Assembly: GCF_037042905.1 (NCBI RefSeq)
Contig: NC_087245.1
Location: 2,544,001 to 2,608,000 of the forward strand
From: Lytechinus pictus
Lineage: Eukaryota
Direction: 5' to 3'
Length of the DNA: 64,000 nt
The notes beneath the pieces were generated by a model. The model made no database searches. It was given only the letters and a program-made list of their open reading frames with translations, and was not told the origin of the DNA. Of this stretch, positions 40,102 through 53,730 are shown piece by piece; position 1 is the first letter of the stretch, and every line of letters begins with the position of its first letter. The position numbers and the translations under genes were made by a program.

Positions 40102-41273
40102 TCAATCGAATAAAACAGTCGGGTTAATAATAGTTTTGATGTTCTGTATCTTCTGTGATTAAGCAAGTAGTGAAAAAAGAGAGAAAACAATTAAATGAAA
40201 AGAAAGGTCAAGAAAGAACAGACGTCACCTTTAGTTCGTCTTTTTGTCCCCACCTATATCAACATATCCGATTGACAAATCATGAATCTAGTTATGAGGG
40301 GTAATAATGATCCACCCGGGACCAGCTGAGACCCATCTCACTGTCACATCTACGGAAATAGTCTGGGTCATCTCGGTTGATAAGGAATCATTTACTGTTT
40401 TATGTTTTAAATATGAAATAGGAAGATGGAAATATAACATTTAAATAAACCTTTGTTATTCAGTCCACATTTCAGTGAATATAGATTATCTCCAACTAAC
40501 ATGAATAATAATGATTCATTATTTCGTTTTCTGGTCATTTCTAAAATAGAATTTGTGATTATGCTTAACTTGTTTTGTTTTCTTATATTTCCACTCCATT
40601 TCTTGACAGTAATCATTTCACATTATTTTACTTAAGTCTCTTTCTATTGGTCTTTATTCTTGGTTCAATACTGCATTTTACAGAATATGAATATGTTATT
40701 TTGTGGATGGTATGTGATAGAAATGTATTTGATGATTGTATTGTGCGGGTAACAAGGAAATTGCTATGATTTTATTGGTTCGTGATACTAGTCAATATAA
40801 TTATCTGGTTTTGGTTTTTGTTTTTGTCTAAGACCATTTCCGCGGCGAGCGTCAGATGTGCTGAATAAATCAGAATATAGGCCTAATCTTCGTTAGAAGC
40901 TGCCTGATATGCAGCACTATATTTTAAGGATTTTTTTTCGAATGGCCATCTTTAAAAAGAAACTAAAACTACCACCGAGTGAGGGTACTGAATGTTCTAA
41001 AATGTAAAATTCAATTTATCGTTCAACGATTTTTTACCATACATGTTTCTAGACATGAGGTCATTTTCCTATAAAACAAAACACCAACGGTAATACAATT
41101 ATTCTTGCTCTTTCAACATTAATTACAATGTATCAAGGTTATTTTCAAAAGAATGATGTTGCGAAATCATGATCACTAAACATAATCACAAAGTAGACTA
41201 AAAAGAAACGACCAAGGGATGCTTTGTCATATTGGCATACTATCAACATGGTCAATGAAACTCTGAGTTCAAT

Positions 41274-42710
41274 AGGTGGTTTCAGACCGCCTCGAAGTTC
41301 GCCAGTTCCAGGTATTCTCTGATCGGGAAATTTACCCCCGATCAGAAAATACCAGGTATTTTGGCGGTGTGAAAGCAAACTACGCGTAATATCCCCGAAA
41401 GAAAATACCCGATAAATAGTAGGTACTTGGCGAAATTACGAGAACTTTCGCGGGGATTTTTCCAAGGTCGTGGGTATTTTGGCGGTCTGAAAGCAAATTA
41501 CGGGAACTTTAAGCCCAGCGTGTCGTTGGGTGCGGCGCCGTGCATGGGTTGCTGCTGGGCTAGTGATTTTGAATTTCGCGCCTTGCTGCTTATCAGACCA
41601 TACTGCGCATGCTCGTAACTTCAGGAACTTATCCCGAAGGGTATGTTTCAGGGCGGTGTGAATGCAGGAATAATTAATGGGTATTTTTCAGCCTAAAAAA
41701 GTTCTCGTAATTTAACGGGGATTCTTGTGATCGAGGCGGTTTGAAACCACCTAATGTTTCTTCTGAAGTTATGGTTTCAGACCGCCTCGAAGTTCGCCAG
41801 TTCCAGGTATTCTCTGATCGGGAAATTTACCCCCGATCAGAAAATACCAGGTATTTTGGCGGTCTGAAAGCAAACTACGCGTAATATCCCCGAAAGAAAA
41901 TACCCGATAAGTTTCAAACCGCCTCGATCACAAGAATCCCCGTTAAATTACGAGAACTTTTTTTAAGCTGAAAAATACCCATTAATTATTCCTGCATTCA
42001 CACCGCCCTGAAACATACCCTTCGGGATAAGTTCCTGAAGTTACGAGCATGCGCAGTATGGTCTGATAAGCAGCAAGGCGCGAAATTCAAAATCACTAGC
42101 CCAGCAGCAACCCATGCACGGCGCCGCACCCAACGACACGCTGGGCTAAAAGTTCCCGTAATTTGCTTTCAGACCGCCAAAATACCCACGACCTTGGAAA
42201 AATCCCCGCGAAAGTTCTCGTAATTTCGCCAAGTACCTACTATTTATCGGGTATTTTCTTTCGGGGATATTACGCGTAGTTTGCTTTCACACCGCCAAAA
42301 TACCTGGTATTTTCTGATCGGGGTAAATTTCCCGATCAGAGAATACCTGGAACTGGCGAACTTCGAGGCGGTCTGAAACCACCTACTTGGCGAAATTACG
42401 AGAACTTTCGCGGGGATTTTTCCAAGGTCGTGGGTATTTTGGCGGTCTGAAAGCAAATTACGGGAACTTTTAGCCCAGCGTGTCGTTGGGTGCGGCGCCG
42501 TGCATGGGTTGCTGCTGGGCTAGTGATTTTGAATTTCGCGCCTTGCTGCTTATCAGACCATACTGCGCATGCTCGTAACTTCAGGAACTTATCCCGAAGG
42601 GTATGTTTCAGGGCGGTGTGAATGCAGGAATAATTAATGGGTATTTTTCAGCCTTAAAAAGTTCTCGTAATTTAACGGGGATTCTTGTGATCGAGGCGGT
42701 TTGAAACCAC
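41274..42710. mobile_element. Cluster of three copies of the 478-bp MITE: A 41274-41752 (+), B 41771-41910 and 42385-42710 (+), C 41911-42384 (-) inside B
   Basis: Near-identical sequences; copy A has TSD AAT; copy B is flanked by aagtt. Confidence 0.93.
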
Positions 42711-42932
42711 AAGTTGTTTACCGAAAACACTAGGCTCATTATTCAAGCCGGTATCAAAGGCAGAAGAAATATAAACAAATCTGCTATGTCATTGATTATT
42801 GGACCGGATGTGTGGTTACAATGCATAAAGCGAAGGAGGAAATATTATGCATTAGTGGATATTACAAGAAAAAGCAGAGGTCACATTATCCGTCAGAATT
42901 AATGTCATTACATTGTATCATTCATATTTTAG

Positions 42933-43839
42933 GTCAACGGTTTCTTTGCAACAATGTTCACCCTTGCCAACTTTCCAACAGTGCTTGCCATAGCCATCGA
43001 TCGATTCTTGATAGTCGTCTATTCCAGTCGTTTCCCACCAAACACCTTCCGGATATTCCTCATGATCACCGTTTCATGGTGTTCAGCTTTTATCATGGCC
43101 TTCATGCCCAGTGTTCATGTCCTCTCCAAGTATTCCTACTCACCAAACACATGGCATTGCTCTCCTAGGTGGGGTCACAATATCTTCCGTATCGCTTGTG
43201 CCATTTTAATCTTTGGGCTGGCGATTCCGATGGTTGCTGTCTGCTACGCGGCGATTGTGTACTTCATCTGGAACAAGCAAAAGCTTCTAAGGTCATACAG
43301 CAAGAGGGAACAACAAGTTTTCAAGGATCGCAAAAGGATGTCACGAGATCAAAGACCGTTCGTGCCAAGATGCTACAAATCGACAGTGACCTCGCATCAG
43401 CTATCCCCATCACCTGTATCCTGTGATGGTGATGAAGATGGTGAGTTATGCAGTTTAGAACATCAATCCGGATGTCAACCAGATGATCTACAGGATGCTC
43501 AGATGAAACTCAATCAAGAGAACAAGATCATACCTTATCTCACAAAACTGCAGAATCCAACCTGTGAGGAGGATTTCAAAGAAAAAGCTTTAAATACCGA
43601 GGCTCCATTTGAATCACGCAATATTGATAAGTTGGATAAGAGATCTTTTCGCAGTGCTGCCGTAGTTACAGAATCATCGAAGACATCGGCTATTGTGAAC
43701 AAGTCCCTGACACAATTTACTGCCTTGTCTGAACCAAGCTGGGAGGAATCTGATGTCGTTGATCAAGATCGTGATCAAAAGAGGCAACATGAATCCAGAC
43801 AGAGACAACTCTCTGCAGACAAGAGGGTTGCAATAATGG
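42933..43839 (+). CDS. GPCR-B coding exon 3 (TM3 to TM5 and very long ICL3)
   Basis: Acceptor ttttag|GTCAAC and donor G|gtatga; 907 nt. Contains AIDRF, HCSPRW, IPMVAVCY. Confidence 0.95.
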
Positions 43840-44310
43840 GTATGAAAATCAACAGCAAAGCTTAATTAGTAGTATTGTCAAACACCTGTCTTTGAAGAAA
43901 ATTAGGATTGAGACACGACTTTTTATGGATGTTTGTAGAAAAAAAACGCCTAGCTATCAGAGTGTTGCTATCAATGTGACGAAAACAACACTTCTTTGTT
44001 TTGTCAAACATATAAGGTTATAGGTTGTAACAAAAAGTTAAGTCTTCATTCGGGTGGTCAAAAGATCATAAATTTCAGATCTTTTTTTTTCCAAAATAAG
44101 CTCGTTTCCAGTGCCCATTAAAAATATTATTATTAACCCCCACCCCTTGCCACCATCTTTCAGAAAGTGACTACCGTGTCGTGTCTTGTTCTACAATAAG
44201 GTAATATTTGCTATTACCGATAATTACAATTTAAGTTAACAGATATAAGCTTTGCTGTTCCTGTCATGAAAAAAACCCCGAATAATTTCAACTTCTTTTA
44301 TTTTTTCCAG

Positions 44311-44561
44311 GTGCCCTCCTCGTCTTTACCACACTTATCTGCTGGATGCCCTATCTCCTTGTCCATTCAAACTACATCCGGGTCAACGAAGGTCATTGGT
44401 TTGGTGTCTTTACCATGTTACTAGGATACACAAATGCCATTTGGGATCCGCTTATTTATACTTTTATCAACAAGCAAGCCAGGAAGGAATGTAAGAAATA
44501 CTTCCGGTTCATCGCAACATCCTCGAGAAGCCTTCGCGGATCGGTCGTCAAACAAAACTGA
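44311..44561 (+). CDS. GPCR-B terminal coding exon (TM6, TM7, helix 8); full protein 492 aa
   Basis: Acceptor ttttttccag|GT GCC, CWMPY, DPLIY, TGA ending 44561. The four exons total 1479 nt = 493 codons. Confidence 0.95.
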
Positions 44562-45371
44562 GGGAACTTTCTATCTTCGTTGGATTTCATACGATATAGG
44601 CTTTTATATGATTATGTACTTAACTTTATTCAATGAATATACTCTGAAAGAAGTTTTCTTGCAGAGAGCGTCAGGTATCATCAACGGGATAAGTTGTGCT
44701 TATTCACTTCAAATTGTGATTAATAAGTCCGTTGTTGACCCCGGGATAGATGAGGGGTGGGGGCACTACCATTACAAGTTGTCATTTTTTCAAGCAATCT
44801 GATTATGATGACAAACCTTCTCCTGCTATTTTTTGTTAATAGTTTTAATACATTCATTCTATGATTCATGCCAAAAATAGTTAACGATTTTATGTTTGTT
44901 ATGTTATGATTTTTTTTTTATACGAATCATAATAAAATGTATGCAGAAGAGAACATTAAATCAAATCAAACCAATCGTATAAAGGTAGAATACTCGTATG
45001 CACAAAAGCACTTGGGGTTGATTTTTACGGCCAAGGGGTGTACGTACGTGCAAGGACTAATGATCATTAGGAATGTGTCGTTGCCATGCTTGTATTCGGG
45101 GGGGGGGGGTTGGGCTCGTGGCCCGGCCCCCCGAGTAGGCGAAAAATGGGGCGTCAAAAAGGAAGAAAAGAAAATGGGGGAGAAAAAAGAAGGGAAAGAA
45201 GAAGAGAAAGAGAAAAAAGGAGGAGAAAGAGAAGGGGGAAAAAAGAAGAGAAAGGGGGGGGGGGGCGCCAAATTGATATTCGACTTTATTAGGGGGCGCC
45301 GAGTTGATGTTCGACATAGGGGCGCCAAATTCATGTTCAACCTAGGGAGGGGGTGCCAAATTCCGCATACA

Positions 45372-45545
45372 TTCGTAATTACGACGCTTCGTTATTCCGA
45401 AGGTTCGTTATTCCGAAGGTTCGTTAGTCCGAAAACGAAATGAGGTTCGTAATTCCGAAGGTTCGTTAGTCCGAAACGAAATGAGGTTCGTAATTCCGAA
45501 GGTTTGTTAGTTCGAAAAACGAAATGAGGTCCGTTAATCCGAAAA
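45372..45545. repeat. Short tandem array of ttcgtt(a)(t/g)tccgaa(gg), probably a MITE terminus
   Basis: About eight copies of the motif. Confidence 0.75.
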
Positions 45546-46026
45546 TGTAAAAAAAAAGCCAAAAAATGGGGTCTTTATCACCCCTATTCTGGTCCAAACA
45601 ATCAACCCCCCCTCGCGCAGAGCAATTTTTTATTAAGTTTATAAGTGGTAAACATTTAATCAAGAATTGATTTTTTTAATAGACAGTTTGAACTTTGACA
45701 AAACAATTTCAAAATGCATCAACGCGCCCCTATCGATATTTGATTTGATAACTTCTATCTGCTCTTACACTGGATTTCGTTAATAGGTTAATAGTAGTTT
45801 TCTCGTTGAATGCATTTATATTTTATTTGATGTTCTGTAGTCTGTGTTTTAAGTTGTACTTATTGTAAACTCAGTTTGGTCCTTGCGCCTTTGTATCATG
45901 TACCTTTATTTACGTTTAATCCGGATAAATAAAATGAACAATCAAATAAATTTGCAGGTCTGGCAATGAGAGAAAAACATGAACTAGCCTCATAAGCCTA
46001 TGATTGTTTAGATATACATATACCCA

Positions 46027-46191
46027 CACTAGCGTACCTACGGGGGGGGGCAGGGGGGGCACCCTGCCCCCCCTGACGAGTCACAACCCATGCAAGAACG
46101 TATCTTTGCCCCCCCTGACGGGCTTGAAAAACCTTTTTTGCCCCCCCTGACGAGCTGAAGACCTTCAATGCCCCCCTGACGAGCTTGAAGA

Positions 46192-46232
<41 letters not shown>

Positions 46233-46277
46233 TGTCAAATTTTTTCTGGTACGAAATCCTTAATTTGTGATCGAAGA

Positions 46278-46311
<34 letters not shown>

Positions 46312-46373
46312 TGTCAAATTTTTTGGTGGACGGTTTTGCCCCCCCCCTGTGAAAAATCCTAGGTACGCCACTG
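46027..46373. mobile_element. hAT-like MITE
   Basis: cactagcgtaccta / taggtacgccactg; 8-bp TSD tataccca. Confidence 0.88.
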
Positions 46374-47682
46374 TATACCCATCATGTTCACGGTTGAAAA
46401 GGTGCTTACAATGTCCGAAGCATAATTATAGATGAAAATATCCCCCCCTCCCTATTGGCGAAAGTTGGATCCGGCCATGGTAAAGAAATTACACCTCCAG
46501 CACACCTAATTTTAGTAGGGCCTACCACGCTGATGAGAAGTTAATCTAAATTGAAACCCTAAAGTGCTTAAAATTCTATGCTTTTTGGCCGCATTTATTC
46601 CTTTCAAAAAGTTGTATTACAAAATATTCACATGGAATCGATATTTTTTTCATGAACACATTAAAAAAGTGGTCTTCGATTGCCTTTTTTCACGTAATAA
46701 TGAAATAAGATAATTCAACATGCATTTAAGGCACCTATGATTGACTAGCGGGGGGGGGGGCACCAAAATTAGGTCGGGCCCCCGGGATGCAAAATCCTTG
46801 ATACGCGCCTGGTTACATAGATGTGATCTTGAACCTTTGGAGCTTAAGGAGCATGAAAGACCAAATCATTTAATATTTTCGAAAATATCTAGATCTGTAA
46901 ATAAAAGGTTATTCACTTACACCAATAAGGCACATTTTTATTTGGATTGCATTTCAGTCAGTTGGTCAATTCCTCAGAGAGAGTTGCGAGATGGTGACCT
47001 TCACGAATTAATTGCCTATTCTAATATCATGAAAAAAGCCACTGACTATTTTGTTTTCGCATTTTCTCTTCATCAATAAATTTAGTTAGAATGTTAATAA
47101 TTGTCGTTCATAATATAGTAACAATTCTTCATCTTTTCCTATTCTGTTATATTTTGTATTTGTTTAGCCAAATAATATGATAACATGTAATACCATGCTC
47201 CCACCTTTCCCCCGCATACCAGGTAATATAACATAGGATCCTGGATAAAACGAAATGAAATGTGAAGCTATAAGACTTCCCCATATGTAACGGCGGTCTC
47301 CGATTCCATGCAGCATCAACTGATGGGCCAAACGTCAAAATGTCCAGGATAAGACCCCCCCAAAAAAAACCAAAGGTTTCAAAATGGACTTTGGGAGTTG
47401 GTGTTTGGAGACAGGACGAGAGAAACTCAGAGTGGTGGGGAGAGGGAGGGGGGCGGGTGTAGGGAGAGGTGGAGGGTTGATAAGGCCAAATTAACTTCAG
47501 AAAATATAGATCGAGACATGCATTTATTGTATATACATAATTATTAATGCATTTCATTTTGGAATATCTTACTTCATTTTTACAAACTCAATTAGTTTCA
47601 GCATCTCATCTCCAGTGGGAGATTATGCCACTACAAAATCAGTATTTTCTTGATATGAAATGCTATTATTCAAGGGCCAATA

Positions 47683-48335
47683 CCCGGAGGGGCCACTTCC
47701 ATTGACGGGTGGATACCATGCGCGACCACGGGGTCTTGAAAAGCACCCTAAACACGTATTTTCCATATTCTGAAAATGCACCCCTTAACAAATATTGGCG
47801 TGTGAAACCCTACCCTTAACAAGTATTGGCAAGTATTCCCAGAATTGAGCCCCTAAACAAGTACAGCGATGTATTTTCAATATTCTAAAAATGCACCCCT
47901 TAACAAGTATTGGGAACAAAACGATACTCTTGGCAAGTATTCCCTGAAATGAACCCCTAAACAAGTACAGCGATATTTTATTGTTATGTCACGGGTCCGT
48001 CCGATCGTCGGTTTTACGTTACACACCATTATTTTGGTTCAGTAAGGCCCGACCTTCCACACCTCGCGCAAATCGGACTCTAAACACGTAGTGTTGGGGC
48101 AAAAAGGACATCCTTTATGAAACATTTTGATTTTGTTTTATCATCCCTGCATATTTGACCCTAAACACGTATATTTTCCGAGCGAAATAGATACCCTTTT
48201 TTCAATATTTTTGTGTTTTTGACACCCTTATCACGTTACGTACGTAACGTGCCCTATCTTGAAAAAGACATCCTTTTTACGTGTTTTTTTGGTCGCGCAT
48301 GGTATCCACTCGTCAATGTAAGTGGCCCCCCCGGG
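47683..48335. mobile_element. MITE with about 45-bp TIRs and 8-bp TSD
   Basis: cccggaggggccacttccattgacgggtggataccatgcgcgacca and its inverse; TSD ggccaata. Confidence 0.9.
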
Positions 48336-51300
48336 GGCCAATATGAATAGATCGTTGACAAAAGATTTAAACCTTTGAACCCGAAAAGCCGGAACAACAC
48401 CGGCTTCAAGTTATGTGATTCGAAAAGCAAGGTTTCATCAATGGCTTCATTTTAGAGATATTATGTCGATGTCTTCAATTTATAATTTCGTTGACGATTA
48501 GCTTTCATGTAGGTTTTAGCATAAAAAATGGCCAAAATATCCAACCCTACCAAGAAGGCAGGTGCGATAATACACCACGATTCGTACACGGACCATATGT
48601 AAGCTATTGTTGAATTTTCTTCCGTCATAAGTAGTGATATTGAGATAAAATTTGAGATTATCGTTTGTACGGGTAGCTAAACGACATCAGCCTGGCCAGG
48701 CTGGGTATCAGCGGAGTAACGTGCCGCTGACATGGCTGGGCTAGAATCGTGACAATATGAGATCATTTGATTTATTTCAAACGTCATGTATTCCTTCATT
48801 TTGCCGATAAGCTTGATATCTGATCATAATTTAGGGTGCATGGTCATGACCGTCCCCATTAATTCAGGGTAACAAAGGGTATATAAATATGGGCGCAGTA
48901 AAAATTTGTATATCGTACGACGTACTCTGAAATATGAGATTTAGTCATGAACAGAGTTGGATAAAGCTAATTAAGCTAATGTATCTTCGGTATTTGTAGG
49001 GTCATTCTAAAAAAACGTTACAATTTACTAAGAACGTGTCTCGACTATCTTATGGCCGCTAGCTTCACACCCGTGAATATTTTCTACAAAAATATTATCA
49101 AGATAATGACATTAATAGCCTAGCTCCACAAAGCATATGCGACCAGCATGACCAGTGACTAGTAAAGCTCTAATTTATTACAAAAGCCTTTTATTTTTGC
49201 CTTTTGTTAGAATCGACAGTGTCTCTGGTCAGTTTTAGGTTTTACTATCATTCTCTTTTATAAGTAGTCTGTTTTTCTTAATTAAATTTATGTCTGGTGA
49301 GGGCAGCTTGGTCTAACCGTCTGACATATTGCGCTTATCCTAGTATTTGATGATCGCTTTGTGATTATTTTCACTTTTAACTTTGTCCAAAATTAATTTT
49401 AACCTCCGTAACGAATACTGCCACAAGTTTTTTTCTCCCTTTCAAACTGACTGATATTATATGATAACGTGTCTGCAAGTAGAGTGATATTCATTAATAA
49501 ATAATTGATAGGGAATTATCATATGTGTTTCCTGTATTACACGGAAATGAAGGACTATTCTTAAAAAATTAAATGCAGGAGTAAACAGCTTTAACATCCG
49601 CAACGCACTTTAAAAGAATATGCACTTTGGCAGTTCTGTTAAGGATTCAGTATTATATAAGATGAGAGACACCTATCATAATAAATGCAGTTTTCAAAGG
49701 TAGGGCTTCTAAATAAGGACTACGTTGGACCGTAAAGCATAAAGACATTAACTTCCGTAACGCATTAACTTCCGTAACATTTTTTCTTGAATATGCTACG
49801 AATTTGTGCTTTACTGAATCACTCCGGATCATACAGATATAAATCATATAAGGTACCCTCCACCTAGGTACCCATAAATCATAGCTATTCATCCTTGTCA
49901 AATTATTATTACACAACTTATTTTCAACATCACTTTGAAAAGAGGGAAAATTGCCAACGAAAATAATCTCCCGATAACTATATACGATATTTAATGCTTT
50001 TGGAATTTTGAATAATTCATACTACAAATGATGATTATTAGCATCTTATTTAGAACTTAAAATTTTTAATTTCCTTTGCTATATAAGTTATTTCAGTAAT
50101 TGTTACGGAAGTTAATACATTTCTTTGCTGAGATTGATAGTACGAATCTAGTTCCACAACAGGTGTCATGGCTTTGTCTAAATGCTGAAGTCGGCAGAAA
50201 CAATGGAGAGAAAGGGGAAGGAGGAGAAACAATTAAGCTTTCATGGCCAAGGAAAGAGAAAGAAAAACTATTTGCAATGATACATGAGGATTAATATCTC
50301 ACCAATCAAAAATGCAAGCGCGAAGCGCGAGCTAAAACTTTTGAATAGTATAACCTGAAAACTTGACATTCTAAGCATTAAAAAAAAAATTATCAGGATG
50401 TTATATCTGAATAAACTATTAATGCGAGTGCAAAGTGCGAGCTGATTTTTATTTTCGTATTCTGGCTGAAAGCTTGACATTCTAAAACTCTTTGTACCAA
50501 TTACAAGGATGGGTATCTTAATTGATGCGACTGAAATTTTTATATTTTGATCTTAAAAAATAATTTATGGACGTTTTGACTTGAGAACGAGATATATGTC
50601 CAATAAACAATTATTGCAAATGTGAAACGCGCGCTTTTTGAGGTTTAGACCCCAAAACGGGACATTCTATTGACTTTTTGTAATCATAAAAAAGATGGAT
50701 GTCTTGCTAAGGAAATGATGCGCAGCGAGTGAGAAGCGCGAGCTGAAAATATGTGTCATTCTAATATGAGAACCATACATTTTAAGCGCGCTTTCAAATA
50801 AAGAGGATATAAATCGAATAAAAAAAAACAATTTCATGCAATAAAATACAAAAGAACAAGTGGGGATTGCATGTATGTACACCATCAATTAACTCTTTTA
50901 ATATTCATGAAGATATGCATAGAACTGTTTCACTAAAATAATGCAAATCTTTAAAATGGCATAACTTCATTATTCCTTGTCCGATTTTGATCATATTTGC
51001 AGTGTTTACTGTTTTGTTTGTCTGATTATTATCTGTTTAGATCATATATTTTTCAGCCTGGATGACCTCTTTAATGCGCATTAAAAGCGCTGAAATAATT
51101 GATATAGGCCTACTGACCATGAAAACATGAAAAGTGATATTTCAAACACTCACGGTTTGTTGGAATTTAGGAATGAAATACGTATCTCGCTAATCAAACA
51201 TTTTGGCTATTCATCATTTTTTAAATCACGAACAGGATGCGAATTGCGTATCTCGATGAAACAAAATAATGAAGAAAAAAATTGCAATTAGATCATATAG

Positions 51301-53730
51301 ATTCTAGTAATAATTTGTGCATATTAACTTACAAACGTGAATTTTGAGCCTCTTGTTTCATTCACCTTCCTTCTTTATTATTCATTTCCCCGTGTCCTTT
51401 TTTATTTTGAAATGTTTTCCCCCCTTTTTTCTCTATCTTTTTGGCTATTGGCAAGCGGCGGGATTCCTCTTAACCCAGAGAACTCATCCTGGTTGCGGGC
51501 ATGCATGCGATTGTTATATTTTGTTTATTGCCAGAAACTTTTAAGATGAACTACAATTTTGTGGCCCGGTTATTCGGTTTTCTCATTCCAACTGTGAACA
51601 ACAACGACAACAAATATTACAGTAATCCGTTTCCTGTTCTGTTTTTAACTCTTTTTTTTTTTGGGGGGGGGCAAAATTAAGCAGTGCGTTCCACATTTAT
51701 CTTTAATTATTAAAAAAATGTTATACGAATACCTAAATATGGATGTTCCTAAGCTAACAAAATAAGTATTGCAATTCGTAACTTGAATTAACTTCCGTAA
51801 CGAAGATTGACAGGGGTAAATGCCATCGAGAGGATTTGATGGTAAAGTATCTTGGGATTCCCAGAATTGGTAATGCATTGCTTAGGATCTCAGGTTATAG
51901 ATGAAAAGTTATTTTAAGGTTGCCTCATTCAAATTATGAACATTAAACTGAACGAAAGATGTGCAATGATTTTTATGGTACTTTTTGTTATATGTTATTT
52001 GGTAAAATCCTGCTTCTCAAAAACAATATTGAATATTTTTTCTATCTTGCAAACATTTTGGCTTCAGTAAATAAAATTGTTGATACCACACTTAAACTGA
52101 ATTGTGTGCATTTCTATTTCATTCATTTCAAAAGTGATATAATTTAGTAACATAAGTGGGCTATGGTAACGATTTACCTCCGTAACATTGATATACAATG
52201 CTTGAGTTAATCCGGTCAGTACTTCAAATTGACGCAACAGCGACTTGCCTTTTTTCTGTTACCACGTTCTCATACATGGTACGTTCACAGTATGCATCTT
52301 TCAACCCATTTTCGATTTCCCCCCCATCAATTGGTGCCTGTTTCTGAGAATGACCCTGTACTGAAATGCCCGGGTTGCTTATACAGACGACAGAAAGTGC
52401 GCCGTTTAAAAAAAAAATCTGCTAGCCGTTGCATTAGTCCTACATATGTTTCTCCTTTATTATTTCCAGGATAATTATAACTTAAAACATTCTATTTGAT
52501 ACACAAAGGAATATACCCCATCCATGGCTAAGTCAGAGCATGTTTAAATAACCCGGGGTTATAGATTTAAAGGACCGAGTTCTGGATAAGATGCATCCAA
52601 GAAGTATTTGCGAGCGAGTAAATCGAGTCAGCTAAAAAAAAAACTAATGGATTTAAAATTGCATTTGGCATGTAAAACGTCAATGAAAGTGCGATGAGTA
52701 GTGATGTATTTTTATTTTTCTTTTACAAAAATTAATCAATTTGGAAACAAAGTGGGGTGAGAGAGCTTTTTAAAGCTATACTTTTAACAGTTTGCTCCTT
52801 ATGTAATAATTCATCCGAGAGTTCTTGTATTTGTTTATTTCATGTCCTTGAATACAGCTTTATGGCAAAAAAAATGACTGATTTAATCAATCAGAAGGAA
52901 AATAAAAAATATTTTCTTTTCGGATTTTGAAAGAATGTTTGGTGTTCACGGAGACTCTCTTATCTCATACATTTTTCTATCGTTAAATTATTTTATCTAT
53001 CTCTGCAAATTTCAAAATAATATCCCTGACATTGCTTGATTTGTACCTTACTTAATGAGTAACAAAGAAATAATTTTGAATACAACATCGCTAAAAAGAA
53101 AGGAAACTTTCTGCTTATTTTTTGTAAATGGAGGTTTCATTTTTTTAACATTCTCTGTTCTATACTCTTTATATACTGTAAACATGTAAATTACTATGTT
53201 TGGTCGTAATTCTCTTGCTTTATTTGTAATTTTGTGATGAATGATTATGTTTCTTGATAAATACGTTATTATAAAACATCCTTGAACAGTATTTGTATTG
53301 AATCGTAATAGCAAAAATAAAACTAAAAATAATAGCAATAAAACACACCCTAAACCATTTTGTACAGGTAATCGAACTGATAATTTAATTACTTTGCATC
53401 GTTAATTCATTCATGTGTTGATTTATCGTTCGTAAATTCGTTATCAAGAACATTCATTCATAATAACGATTTAAGCGAAACAAACAAGTTTATACCCATA
53501 AAATCAAAAGATTAGTACATCGTATATCACCCAAATAAAGTTAGAGGCATTTGAAGGAAGGGAATAACTAATTATACGGTTTTATGATATCTATAATTCA
53601 CGACATGGGCATGAATCAATGCCAAATCATTTCTTGAGATGTAAGACGTCATTCATTGATGTTTGGCACGTCTTTATTGAACGGTTCGCTGAAAAGCACA
53701 GATTAATTAAAGTTATCAAGATTCATTTAA

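Noticed and set aside
41145..42456. Repeated short ORFs (41145, 41427, 42244, also 29458)
   Set aside because: Incidental frames within copies of the non-coding 478-bp MITE; no transposase motifs.
43169..43426. Overlapping alternative-frame or antisense ORFs within GPCR exons (also 11113-11379)
   Set aside because: Expected by chance in GC-richer coding DNA; not shared between paralogs.
44937..45443. 168-aa Lys/Glu/Gly-rich ORF
   Set aside because: Purine-rich low-complexity repeat sequence with no domain signal.
48860..52230. Possible large decayed element marked by scattered tccgtaac motifs
   Set aside because: I could not define termini, a TSD or coding remnants.
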